Source: Adineta vaga
Lineage: Eukaryota; Animalia; Rotifera
Assembly: GCA_021613535.1 (NCBI GenBank)
Contig: CP075496.1
Coordinates: 3,968,001-4,032,000, forward strand
DNA: 64,000 nt
Direction of reading: 5' to 3'
This document shows, piece after piece, positions 24,764 to 38,290 of the stretch (position 1 is its first letter; each line of letters starts with the position of its first letter). The notes below the pieces were generated by a model that saw nothing but the letters and a program-made list of their open reading frames with translations, was not told the origin of the DNA and did no database searches. Made by a program: the position numbers and the translations under genes.

Positions 24764-27164
24764 TTAAAATCTTGTAATCAGTACTGGTGTTGGTTGACTT
24801 GCTGATATATTTGGTACCGTAAATAAATGATCTTTTCCCGCAGATTTTCTCTTTTCTAATTGTTCTAATAGAGCTAATTGTTTCCAACTATCAATTAATG
24901 TTTGAGCACTATATTCAATTTCTTCTTGATCTTTCATAGAATCAAGTAAACCTCGATGTCTTCCCATACACATTGTTAAGATAAGAATAATTTTACTTGG
25001 TACTGTCAATACTGTTGCAAAACTTGATGTCACTGTTGGATGACCCATGGATAATCCACAACCACCAAATGCACTAATTACTTCAAAGATAACACGAAAA
25101 ACAGTTATTTTTGGATCAACAGGTGTCATATGATAGGAATCAAATGAACAAATGAGAAAGACAAATATAAATAACCATGTTCGAGTTGATGTTAATAAAC
25201 TAAATAAACTAATAACAGCATGACGACAGAAAATAATTAATAAAAGTTTCATTCGAAGAAACGAAATTCGTGCAGAATTTGAACTTCGATCGTCTCTCGA
25301 ATCATCATGTATATCTAATGATAATGCACTTAATCGATGTTGAAGACGTTTTTCATTTAATTGATCAATAGCCATATCAGATCGTGTTGTACGTGCAATT
25401 GATGAATAATATCGTTTTGCTTGAGCTTTTGTTAATGATCCTTGTCGGGATAGGAAATGTTTCATACGATTAAATGGTAAAAATATTTGAATACTTCCAC
25501 GACGATTATTACTTGACACTTTATCTTCTAATTTTTGTTGAGTTTGAATTAACATCCATTCCATTTCAAATGGAGTTTCATTAATCGCACATAACTAAAT
25601 GTAAAACAAGAAACGTTTTCGTTCTTTTGATTTTCAAAAAATCAACATCGACTGACCATTTGAGGTTTAACACCCATTAATAAAACAAATATAAGTAATG
25701 TTCCAGATGCTAATAAACTTAAATCAATCGTTGCATAGCCTTAAATATTTAACTTATTATTTTCAACAATGAATGATTCACAATAAATTACCTGCAAAAC
25801 GTGTATTCGCTGTTTCTAACATGAATATCATAAATCGCGTTCCACCACTATATTTCAATAAATTTGGATTACGATAATCAAGTATTAATGCTACTACGAC
25901 ACCCACTAGAAAGCAATTCAATAAACTCACTTATTTTCTTATGATAATAGTAATAATAACTTACATATTTGTAAAAGAATTGTAATTGTAACGTACAATC
26001 TTGTTTGAATAGATGGAAAAATAACTGTTGATAAACGATGATTATTTAAAAGGATATAATCAAAATAAATTTTATAACGCCAACTAGAAAATAAAATTTA
26101 TCAATCAATATCAACTCATTTTAATGCTTACGGTACTAAAAATTTGAATAGATTAACAACACCACGAATAATAGCTGGAAATAAGGATGTACCAGACATA
26201 ACAACAAATATAATAAAAATATTCATAAAAACATCGTTAACCAACAAACTAATACCACCAGTCCTTAGTAAAAGAAAATTGATTTATATCAATTGAAGAT
26301 TGAACAACAACAAAAAAAAGTGTTTGTTTTACCATGGTGAAAGACCATTTTGATTAAAACCAGTTATTGTAATAACAATAGAAGCATAAAATGGATTCAT
26401 GGTTTGATTTAGTTGTAATAAATCTTCGGGATCATAATGATATTTTAGCCAAATACCCATGGAAATAAATGAAATGAAATAAATAATAAAACAAGTGGAT
26501 AAAATAAGAATAATCACTAATATATAAGCTGTAATGCGTAGACGATGTGCATTTGGTAACGACTGAACACGTGTATACACATCTGAATCAATACTTTCAT
26601 TTGGTACAAGTCGTTTAATAGGTAATATATCATCATCAACTGTTGTTGATGACTCTTCCGAATTAACAACTTCATGTTTAACTCGATAGATTTTAATCAC
26701 AATAGCTGGAATTGTACTTACAGTAATACCTAAAGATCATCATTTTGTTTTCTTTCTATGCAAAGTTTATACTTACCTGAGATCCATGTATAGAATAATA
26801 GAACACTTTGTGATGAACGTTTTAATAATGCAAAATCATAAGTTTGTAAACCACATGTAAACACACATGTCGCACTAACGAACCAACAGTCAATATATGG
26901 AATTTGGTATCCTTCAATAGCACAAACAATGGCACCACAAATTAATGTATTACAAAAGAAGACAAACAGATGTATATAAAAATAATGTCTCATTCGCCAT
27001 TTATAATTAGTCCAAAGTTTATTTAGTTTACTAAACCATTCATTCAATGGAAGTGCAACATTAGCAGCTGCATTAACAGTATCAATACGTGCTTGAAGAA
27101 CATCTTCATTTATACCAGAAAGTGTAGCAAATGAAGCATTACGTTGAAAACCGGCATTATCCAT
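24764..27164 (-). CDS. Trk/Ktr/HKT-family K+ transporter (7 exons)
   Basis: Four MPM pore loops: FVSATCVFTCGL, ITGFNQNGL, ETANTRFAGY, FEVISAFGGCGLSMG; terminal MCMGRHRGL. Six GT-AG introns splice in frame. Confidence 0.87.
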
Positions 27165-28092
27165 TCGTTTTCAACAATTATCTTTCGTTGAATAACTTTT
27201 GTTCTTGTCAAACAAATGTGAATTTATTTTAGTATTCGTCATATATCGTATATTTCTCTTCGTCTCTATTTTTCTTCTCATAAATGATATTTTCTTCTTC
27301 ATAATTGGTACAAATCATGAAGAAGAAAAAGAAATCAAGAGAGATCTTTTCGTTCGTTTGCTTCTTTTTTTTATTTATTTATTTTTCAACGTCGCATTTT
27401 CTCATTTCTATATCTATATTAACTAGCCAAAGGAATGTCTTTTTATTTGGTACAGACTTTCTTGCTCTCGGCAACGAACTAACACCGATCATGAAGAAAT
27501 GATATATACACATTTTTTGATTTCTTTTGCTCTTTTTCGGACTTAACTTACTCACACATTTGCTTCTTAATTTGATGAGGAAAGTCATAAACTAGAATAT
27601 ATAAACATATAAATGTTATTTCTATATACAATGAATATTGCCCTTGACTTATTAAGAATAGAAAAATATAATAATTAAAAGAAAAATATTTGTTTAACAA
27701 CCCTTAATGTTTTTTTATATCAATCAGCATTTTGATTGAGCATTATAGAAATGTACGGACGAATGTACCAGGTACAAAAATGAATATACTTGTGAATTTT
27801 ATATCAAAATATCATAGACATTATCATTTACACGCGAAAAATTATCCGAACATCTTGATATTCAAGTGTACTTTCAAAAAAACAAAAAACTATATGAACC
27901 CATTGCTTTTCTCTGATGCACTCTGGAAAGATATGTATCACATATAGGATGTCTTGTTTCTTGATTTGATGTATTTCGAAAAGAAAAATGAGCATATATC
28001 GAAGGGATATGAATAGGTTAGATTGATCAAAAGCAGAAAGAAAGTATCACACATGAGTATTCGTATAGCACCAGGATATATATTTCATAGAA

Positions 28093-30286
28093 TTAATTAT
28101 TGTCTTCTGATTGTGTTATAACAGGCAACATATGTGCTTGTTGTTGTTGTTCAGTCAATGCACGTGATTCATGTAAATATACAGCAAAAGGAACTCCCTA
28201 GAAGATAAAAAGAACGCAGATCATACAATCAAAAAAAGGTTCTTTCAAATATAGAAGAAAAAAAAACGAACAAATAAATAAATGAATGATTATAATAATG
28301 TTCTGTCTTATCAGCGTCGTTAATTTTGTTGCTCATGTAAGTGAACAGCATCTGACAAAGTTGGGTTTGTTTTGAGAAAACCTCGAAATGTCAACGGTAT
28401 ACTATCATGAACATAAACATTGAAATGAATTCCCTGGAAACAAGATGAGGTGTACCTAATTGAACTCGATCGCTAAAACTTACTTGTTGTGCAGCAGCTC
28501 GAACAAAACCGCGATTCGATGTCATGGTTACAGCTCGTAAATGATCACCAGTACCAAATATAATTTTTGTTCTAAAACAGAGAAATAGACAAAAAGAATT
28601 TCTTCTGATCAAATCAACCTTGGTTTAATCTTGACACTTTCTTGTAATAAATTTGACCGTTCAGAAAGACAATCAGGAACGACCGTTATCTAAATTATGA
28701 TTGATTGAAATAAATTGAATAGTTAGAAAGAAGAATTTTACTCGAGTAAATAGTTCTTCTGCTCGTTGTTTTTCATTAGGTCCACCGACAATACTAACAA
28801 TTGAATTAAATTCTTCAAATGCTGTTTGACATACATATAATTCTTTATCTAATTGTTCGGAAAAAGATTTTTGTTGATAAAAAAAAAAAGAAATTAGATT
28901 ATGCAAACAAACCTTTCATATAATTTTCTAGCTTTGGTGTAAGACGTTGTGCTCGTTCTAATTGTGCTGGTACTTCAAGCCATTTATTTGGATAACGATA
29001 AATATGACCACCATGTGTTAATTCTGAAACCAGACATATTAATGTACTAACATCAAGATTGATCTTATTTGGTTCATTAGTTGGAATGAAATCTGTATTT
29101 GTATTTAAATCATCATCATCATCGTCGTCGTTATCATTATTTTCATTGTCATCTTCTATTTCACTATCATTTTCTTCGTCACTATCACTTGAACTAAAAT
29201 CATCAACAATTTGTAAACGTTTTTCTACATCTTCATTAACTTCAACAATAGAACCCTAAACGAAGAAAAAAGAATCTTATTTTCATATGAAATCAATATT
29301 AAATAATTGATAGTTTACTTTGACAACGATTCCATTTTTTCGTAATAGATTTGCTAATGGTTCAGTAACACCTTGAACAAAATAGAAGACTATTTCAGGC
29401 GTTTGATAACGTATTTCATTATGACGAGCAGTTTCAAGATATTGCCTCATTGAAATAAGAATCGTACGTTGACCATAGTGGCCATTACCCTACATAATTG
29501 AATTCAGTTTTAGACAAAGAAAACTCTCTCTGTTCTTTCCAGTTCCTTTCATCTTACTTTCCAAATTAAATGAAGAGCTTGTGCATTTCTAGCAATAATT
29601 TTCATCCATGTTCGACCTTCATTATATACTATATCACAGATCAATAATTGATGACGATCATCTTTATATGGGACTAAAACCTAGAAGAAGAAAAAATCAT
29701 TCCTAATTTTATCTTTGATTTACTAAAATATCGTAGAACATACTCCATTTATGTTATCTAAACCAATTTCCTCAATTTGTTCAAGAACAGCACGTAGATG
29801 AGTGAGATTTGAACTTTTTAAATGATTTGCATTTACATCACCTGTACCATTTCGAAGCTAAAGAAATAGAAAAAAATGCCGATGCAATAATGATAACACA
29901 AATTCTTTTCGTTTCTTTTGATAGTTACACTTATCATTCGTCTATGCGAATATTCTGATATCGTAAATATCAACCAATAGTTTTCTACATACTCTTATAG
30001 TTCTTTATAATCAAGATGAAAAGTTCAACTCTATCAATGAAATAATCTCCCTTTGTATTTTTCATTCCGAAACGTTTCTACGTAGATAAAAAAAAAGAAT
30101 TCTATCAATACATACACGTTTAAGAAATCTATCTTCGGCACGAAATTTTCTTTCAAGTTTACCAATACCAGGTATTTTATGATATTGTTGACATTTATCT
30201 ATATATACTTGAACGTCTTCTAATAAAGTATCTAATTCCACGGTTATATTTGCATCATCATCAATTAAGTTTGTTATATCTGTCAT
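28093..30286 (-). CDS. C7orf25: UPF0415 protein C7orf25 homologue (DUF5614/DUF1308)
   Basis: PGIGKLERKFRAE..FL, HLKSSNLTHLRAV, NEGRTWMKIIARNAQAL, INLDVSTLICLVSELTHGG, GGPNEKQRA, IFGTGD...TMTSNRGFVRAAAQQG...LHESRALTE. Confidence 0.9.
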
Positions 30287-30359
30287 CTAGAAAAAAAGAC
30301 GAAACGAAATTTATCAGAAAAGATAATATTTACATAGAAAAAATACGAAAACTTTGTAC

Positions 30360-30386
30360 CGTGCTGACATAGCACGAATTGTCAGC
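30360..30386. promoter_or_regulatory. Overlapping inverted repeats in a 177-bp divergent promoter
   Basis: CGTGCT-gacat-AGCACG and GCTGACA-N10-TGTCAGC form a GC-rich island between ATGs at 30286(-) and 30464(+). Function is inferred. Confidence 0.35.
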
Positions 30387-30463
30387 GTGATTCGACGATT
30401 TTTATAAGATTCAATCGAGTATATAAAGATAGGAAGAAACAAAATTTCAATTTATGAATTACA

Positions 30464-31519
30464 ATGACTGTTTACATTATTCATGAAAATGATACTTGGT
30501 TGCCACCATTTCGAAAAGCATTTGAAGCTCTTCAATTACCATTCATTGAATGGAATTTAAGTGAAACACATAGTTATTCATTGAATCAACGACCAAATCC
30601 TGATGCAATCTATTTCAATCGTATTTCACCATCTTCCCATACACGTAATCATCGTTTTTCTTGTGAAATTACAAGTCAACTACTTGACTACCTTTCCTTA
30701 CATTCCTGTCGAGTTATCAATGATCAACGTGCACTTTCACTTGAATTATCTAAAGTAAAACAATATGTTGAATTAACAAAAAGTGGTATACGTGTACCAC
30801 GAACTGCATTTGTTGCAAGTGCAACATCGCTTAATCAAAATGAAATAACGAAAGTAAAAGAAAGTTTTCTTCAAATATTAAAACAAACGGCACGAGAAAA
30901 TTTCTTTAATGAATTAACAAAAAAATGGATACCATTTGTTAGTAAACATAATCGAGCAGGAAAAGGACTTGGTGTTCATCTATTCACCGATGAAAATCAA
31001 TTAGAAAAACAATTTCAAACTTTATTTGATAATCAAACAACGAATGATACGGAAGAATTTTCTATTGATGGAATCTATCTTTTACAAGAATATATTAAAT
31101 CACCTCAACAAGTAATTAATCGTGCTGAATTTATTGGATATAAATTAATGTATGTTATTGAAGTTGACACACGACAAGGTTTTCAATTATGTCCAAGTGA
31201 TGCTTGTCGAAAAACAGCTGATGCCAAATTGGTTAAACAAAGTGCAGATGAAATCAAACATGGATTTGACATACGATCAAATGATTCGCTTAATGAACGA
31301 GAAAAACAAGTTGTTGAACAATTAGAAAAGTTTCTAGAAGAACGACAAATCGAAGTAGCTGGAATTGAATGGGTTGATGATGGGACAAATATTTATGTAT
31401 ATGATGTCAATTGCAACACGAATTATAATGTTGCTGCTGAAACAAGATTTTTTGGTGATATGTATGGGACAGTTAAATTAGGAGAATATTTTCAAAAAGA
31501 ATTACAAAAGAACAAATAA
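30464..31519 (+). CDS. RimK-like ATP-grasp ligase (bacterial alpha-L-glutamate-ligase-like), intronless
   Basis: IIHEN..W, FNRISPSSHTR, ELSKVKQY, VPRT, KHNRAGKGLGV, LQEYI, GFQLCPSDAC, IEVAGIE, YDVNCNTNYN. Confidence 0.85.
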   Translation: MTVYIIHENDTWLPPFRKAFEALQLPFIEWNLSETHSYSLNQRPNPDAIYFNRISPSSHTRNHRFSCEITSQLLDYLSLHSCRVINDQRALSLELSKVKQYVELTKSGIRVPRTAFVASATSLNQNEITKVKESFLQILKQTARENFFNELTKKWIPFVSKHNRAGKGLGVHLFTDENQLEKQFQTLFDNQTTNDTEEFSIDGIYLLQEYIKSPQQVINRAEFIGYKLMYVIEVDTRQGFQLCPSDACRKTADAKLVKQSADEIKHGFDIRSNDSLNEREKQVVEQLEKFLEERQIEVAGIEWVDDGTNIYVYDVNCNTNYNVAAETRFFGDMYGTVKLGEYFQKELQKNK

Positions 31520-32328
31520 ATTTCTTTGATAAAAGACGAACATTTGATTCGAGCTAAGTTTATTTGTTGTTGTTGTTGTTTTTATATATTATCATGAAGT
31601 CTTGACAAGCAAACATGGAGACAAAGTTAGAGAACGAGAAAGAGATGAACAGGAAGAAAATGAATGAGCTCGCATCGAATATAGAGCATAAAAATCCAGA
31701 TACAAAAGAAAATGAAGTTTGTAGAAGAGAAGAGAAAAAAATGAAGAATCGCATGCGCTCGTGGATCTATATACAATTCTTTTTTTCTGTCAACAAAAGA
31801 GAAAGAAAACCAGAAGAACTAGAGAGAAGAAACAAACATACACAGAGACGCGTATGGCACACCCACTAGAAAGGAGAGAGGGAGAGAGAGAGAAAGAAGA
31901 AGATCAGTCACACAAATACACACGCGTACTCAGACATCGAGGAAAAGTGTCATCAAACAAACGAAAGAGAGAACAAGAAACCAAATGAAGAGAAAATTTT
32001 TGTTGTTAGGTGGAATGGTCAAATCAAGGTTAGAAACTCGTATATTAGTCTTTGTTTCTTCTTTCTGACAAAGAACAAAATCATAACTCAACGAAAAAAG
32101 GTATAGATTCAACAACGTATATGGTACTTTGTATGTCAGTACGATTAACTTTGAAGATTTGAAGTATGCATAAGGTTTTTAGTTTGTTTTCATTCAAATA
32201 TACACATTCAGGGAAACAAAGAAGAAGAAAAAACGACCTGATTAGACAAAATAAACAAGAAAAATGATGATCTACACACACGTTCATTCAATCACTGTTA
32301 TCAACGGCCGAAAATGGATAAAAATATT

Positions 32329-33727
32329 TCAAGATGATAAACCAGTTGATGAACCATCTAATGAAATCATTTTTGCATTTTACAAATGAGAAAAGAAACG
32401 TTTTCTTTCATGATTCTTACCATATGAATTCTGTATATTTGTGGTCGATGATGTCATTTGAGGCATTGTTGTTTCACATCTTCTCATATCATATTGTGTT
32501 TGTGAAGGTGTACAATAGATCGTTGGTGATGTTGATGAACCATCTGGTAAAGTTAATTGTTGTTGTTGAGGATAATAATGATTCGGTCGAACTCCATTGA
32601 CTTTCATTTTATAATTATTTGAATGATCGATATAGGATGGCCAAGATTCATGATGATGATAATTATGCATATCATTTCCTATCCCATTTGATAATGTTGA
32701 ATTAGTATTATCAATTATTGATGACGATTGATAAAGATTAGATGGAGGAGGTGGATGAGGAGAAGGAACCGAGATAGATGGTTTACCGCCTAAACGAAAA
32801 AAAAGCACAGGTTTTTTAAAAAACAAATTAAGATGTATTTTATTTAGTTAATTTAACTGTTTATGTAAGTGTTATGTGTAGATGAAATACTGTTTGGATG
32901 AGATAATCGTCCATAATTATTTGTTAATGTATGTGGTGGAGCTGATGATTGTCGATGAATAACTGGTGTTGTTTGTGGTGGAAGATAATGACTAACAGGA
33001 TGTCCACTAGTTGATGATGGTTGCATGAGATTAACAGTCGTTGAAGATTTATATGGAAAATTGAATGTTTGTGGATCATTTTCATTTTCTAATTTGACTC
33101 GTTTATGTCGATGATCTTCGGATGTTATATTTATAGTTGATGGTGGAGGAACAGATGATTCAAGAGAATCATTCGGAGGTTTTAGTATTGAAGATGAAGA
33201 TGATGGTACAGATAAATCTTTACCTTACAAAACAAAGCGGATCTTATATTTTCGGAACAGAAAAACGTCAAAAATGAAACTTACTGTTCGTTGTTGGATC
33301 AGTTGTGATTGCTGCTGCTGTTGTTGTTGTTGTTGTTGTTGCTGTTGTTGAGACATTGTTTGTATTATTATTAACTACGATAGCATTTGATTGTCCAACA
33401 ATTTCCACACTGAGTATTCCGAGTTCAATGAGGCGTACATTTCCTTGAATAGCAAGTAAATGTAATCGTTCAGCTGCCTCTTTCGGAATATCAAAAGTAA
33501 CTTTAACACTATTCCACGGCTGCACTTTTTTTAATGCAAATCTTCTTCGACCTAAAAATGAAAAAATAAGAATATCAAATCTCTTCTTTCTTTCTTTGTT
33601 CTCTCTTACCAGTGTGAAGTATTTCTCTTAGTTTATCTTTTATTTCATGTAATTTAAGTTTTAATTTTGGATCAAGATAATCAGCTTGACATACAAGTCG
33701 AATTTCAACAAATTCATGTGGTGCCAT
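32329..33727 (-). CDS. NCOA6: Short NCOA6-like protein (N-terminal TRADD-N-like domain plus low-complexity tail)
   Basis: [43 protein letters not shown] is the NCOA6 N-terminal signature. ATG 33727, TGA 32329-32331. Confidence 0.82.
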
Positions 33728-34696
33728 GTTTTGTTTAGCATCGCTGATTTCAAAGAAGAAAAAAACAACAACAACAAGTTATAAATTTGTAAACAATAAT
33801 GATCAGAGATCTTTTATACCTAAGGATTACCGGAAATAGAAAAACATCGATTGCAACTAATGAATCTCAAATGTCTACGGATTCTTTCATCATATTTAAT
33901 TGTATTGTTAATTAGGAAATAATGATTGGCATAGAAGCGAAAAAGAATAATTGATGATTGATTGCATGTTGATTGGTTCAACTGAATAGCCACTGGCCAG
34001 AATGAAGATCTAGTTGTTTATACACCAATGAAATTTCCGTATAGAATTCTCTATAGATGATTTTATTATGAGAAATTGTTTTGTTCAAATTTGAAAAAAA
34101 TCAGTTCTAATGCAAAATCTATTGAAAATATTTTTAGAAATCTTTCATTGAAAAGACAGTTTTTTTCATTACCATAGATTATACAAAACTGTTTTTCTTA
34201 TAGATGTCGTTAGTTATTCCATCATCACATATTGAAACGCTTGATTTTCAATCTCAATCCAAAAATTAAAGATATTTATTTTTTCTTTATTTATAATTTC
34301 ATCAATATAATTCTTTCCTTTTTTTATTACATAAATACATAAAAACACAGAGAAAAAAACGAATAAAACATCTAGTGATTTCTTCATTTTAATAGATATT
34401 GATCCATCGCAAAATAAATAATTTATAAAGAGAAAGAAAACGATAAACAATTAAGACGAAATTGCTTTCTTTACAAAACATGAAGCTATAAAACAAGAGA
34501 CAAAAAAAGGAAAGAATTCACTGGAAACGAGCAGATATATATATATATATACATAAAAGGAAAGTATCTGTATACATGAGAAAAAAAATCTAAATCTTTT
34601 TTATTCTTGTTTACATTCATAGAATTAATTCTAAAGAGAACGAAAGATCTCTTTGTGACGAAAAGAAAATAAAGAAAGAAAATTCTATTATTATTA

Positions 34697-37650
34697 TTAT
34701 TTAGATTTAACTTTATTGCGTTCATCAAAAAATGATACTGTCTTATCACTAAATGGTGAACCAGCACGATTTATATTTGAAGTTTGAGATTGATGTGGGT
34801 CGATACTAATCGATCGAGCATAATCTGATGCACTACTTAAAAGACTTGATTTGCGTCCCATTGTATCAACATTTCCTCCAGATATATTATCATGATTATA
34901 ATCAACGCCAGGTACAGAACACGCATCTCTAGAAATAGAAAATACAATTCATTCTGATTGATTCAAAGATATTTCGATTAATTATTTGTTAGAGTTATGT
35001 GAAAGATATTTTCTATTTCAGAAAGAAAAATATAATCAACATTTCCGTATCAATTTCGCATGACTAGAGATGTATTTATTTATTTTATATAAATTGATTC
35101 CGCTAGGATGAAAAGTACTCTATTGAAGTGAAATTAATTGTTTAATGATAAATTAATCGTTAATTTATTGAATATATATACTGTAGAAAAACGCAAATTA
35201 GAGATAAAAATATTGTTTTTAATCAACCCGTGTTCACAAAACGAGAACAAATATAGACTGATAGAACATTTTCTTGAATCGATTAAATCTCACTTACTTA
35301 ATAGAACCAGCTAATGCTTTGAGACTATCCATTGTTTTCGAAGATTTTTCACTAATTGTAATACTTTCAAGATCAAAACTTTTACAATCACTAACTTCTG
35401 CTTGAACTTCAAGACTAAATGAATAATAAGAAGAAAAATTACATAATTCAAAAACGAAAAAATTCTTTCTTTTCATTGAAAACCTACCGATTTGATGTTG
35501 GTAAACTTTCACAAAGTGATACAGCACCTGTACCAGGTAAAGCTTTTGTACTTTCATTACTTCGATCATCCACAAGATGAACGACACTATTCGATAAACT
35601 ATTCGAATCACCACCAATTGTTGGATGTGTCATTACACTTTGTGTATCTTTAAAAGAAAAATTAGATCGATGTCTTTGTTTTTTGTATTTATTTTCATTT
35701 TACCATTAAGAATAGCTCGTGCAAAAGCAACTTCTCGTAAAGAAAATGGTAAAAAACTATCTATATTATGACTATCACCGTCTAATATATCATTTCGTGT
35801 ACCAACACCACAACCACCTGTACGACATAACGAGATTGGAATAACCTAAAATGAATGGAAAGTTTCTTTTCCTATTTCAAAGTTTTCTTTTATCAAATTC
35901 TTACTCCATATACATATGCAAGAAGAATAGGTACACCAATACCAATAGCAAGAGCAGCAATGATTGGTGATGCAATGATACTTCCAAGTACACCTAATGT
36001 TACAAGAAGATTTCTTTTTGTTTTACTATTTTCCCGTTTATTGTATTTTTTAAATAATCTTCTTCCAGCCCATATAGGTACACCAATAATAACACCAGGT
36101 ACAGCAACACCAGCTATCAATGCAATGATAACAGGTGCACCAATTAATGTTGCTACTTGCCAAAGAATAACTTTCTTTCGACTCCATTGTTTCTTTCCCC
36201 AAAATGTACAACCAGATGGACTAAAAATAAGTCGATAAATAAGTGATAGGAAAAAGTCATATTCTATCAAAATTATTTCTTACCTCAGATAATGTAAATC
36301 TGATATTTCTCGTCCACATAACCAACAAAATTCCGCTTCACATATTGGACAAGTCATATGATTCTAAATGAATGCAATCATTTTTATTCGAATATAAATT
36401 TATGAATTTATCGTTGCAGAAAATACTTACACAAGATCCATCATCCATTTTAAGTATTGATGCTTCACATCTTGGACATAGTTTAATTTCATCTTCTATT
36501 TAGAAAAGAAGAAAAGAAAAACCGAAAACATCATCTTGTATTGTTCGAATGGAATTAATTTCATACTTTGTTGAGCAGCAGAGGCAAGACTTATAAATGA
36601 TCCTGAACGAAGTTTTGATGATGATGTTTTCTCTCGTGCTGCATCTTCACATGTTTTATTTGGATGCCATGTTGCTTTACAATGATAACAGAACGATGTA
36701 TTACATCCTGGTCGAAGACATTGAATTTCTGGACATGATGCATATCCAGCAGCGATAACAGCAAATCCACAGTCAGGTGCTGGACACCATCGTGTATCAG
36801 CTATCGATTGTAAAACACGTCGAACCATAAATTGTTCATATTTTGAAATAAGATCTGGATGATTTTGTAAGATTCGAGATATATCACTTGGATGTATTCG
36901 TTCTGGACAATCATTCTGTGGACAATTCAATGTTACACGTCCTTCAGTAATTTCTAATCTTAAATAACTTTTCAAACATGTTCGACAATATGAATGTGAA
37001 CATAATGATAATTGTTCAAAATGTTCAGGTAAATATTCATGACAACATAATAAACATGTTTCCAAAGAATTCTCAGTTGTATTCATTGTGGTTGGTGAAG
37101 ATATTATATTGACTACATGTTCATTAGCAGAGGCAGCTACGGATTCAATTAAATCATCTTTTATCATCGCTGAAGATGATGATAATAATGTTGTTGAGTT
37201 ATTATTTTCATGTGTTGGTGATGATGCTAATAAATGTGTTTGTTGTTGTTTAGATGAGAGACATGAATTAGTTGTATTATTTTGCCGAGAAAAACGAACT
37301 GCTGCTGATGGACGACGAGCAGTAAAACGAAGAAGATTAAAAAATCGACGACGACGCGTACTTCCATTGCCATTTGAATTCGTCGATTCTAAATAATATG
37401 CAGAGATAATGAATTATTTCTACAAGTTTGTTTTTCTTTTTCTCATACTTTGAGTAGAGATTTGTGTAGATGTGTTTGTAGTTGCTGATGGAAAGAGAAA
37501 ATGTGAATTAGTCGGTGATGGTGTTGGAATTGCAATAACTGATGAACGTTCTCGTATTAATACTACTGATGAATCATTATTTGTTGCACATTTCAATGAT
37601 GATCGTGTAGTATTCGATGATGATTCTTGCTTTCGATTTTTCGAAAACAT
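34697..37650 (-). CDS. RNF19: RBR E3 ubiquitin ligase RNF19-like
   Basis: RING1; IBR ([19 protein letters not shown]...FCYHCK..WHPN.TC); RING2 ([27 protein letters not shown]); [16 protein letters not shown] followed by two TM segments. Confidence 0.93.
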
Positions 37651-38290
37651 GATAGATGATAATATTGAGTAACTAAAAAAAATCAAACGAATCAATTAAT
37701 AATTTTCAATAGAAAGAAGGAATCACTCCGCTTAGATAAGAATTGAAAAACTATTAAATTGATAAAAAAAAATTCATGCGTAATCAAATATCTACTTCTT
37801 CTATTGAAACAAGAGATAACAATATCAATAATTACTTTAATTCCAAATTTTATTGAATTGTCGTCATAATTGATAAGAAGAGGAAAGAATGGTTCAGAAA
37901 TAAGATCTGTCTTGGATTTTTGTACAACTGTATTAATAATAAAACGGGTAAATCTAAAGACAAAGAAGTACTTTCTTTTCTGCACTAATGATATAATGGA
38001 CCGAACCTCAGGAGTAATTAAAGATTACAAAGGAAGAAGAAAGTCAGGCATCATTTTATTTTTAAAAAGATTTCTAGCATTTTTTTTGTTGTTCCGACGG
38101 ATGTTGTTGTTTTTTATTCTATATCTATATTTGAACAACCAATCAGAAATGCGGTGCTATTTGATTGGTTAGAAATCAATTACCAATAACAAAGAACGAA
38201 ATATCGAGCTTTTTGTTTGAGATTGAGATAATCAATTCAATTCGATTTCATTATTTCTTATCTGGGAATCATTTCGAATCGAAGTGAAAG

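Noticed and set aside
28300-28400. Intronic AVHLHEQQ segment resembling the last C7orf25 exon (alternative terminal exon)
   Set aside because: No acceptor in the required phase, and the match is too short.
24764-31519. Contamination as the explanation for the foreign-looking genes
   Set aside because: They are interleaved with eukaryotic host genes, share host composition, and Trk has host-type introns. Long-read confirmation is still desirable.
31560-32290. Lys/Glu/Arg-rich ORFs between the ATP-grasp gene and NCOA6
   Set aside because: Products of purine-rich low-complexity sequence, most likely the antisense of the NCOA6 3' UTR.
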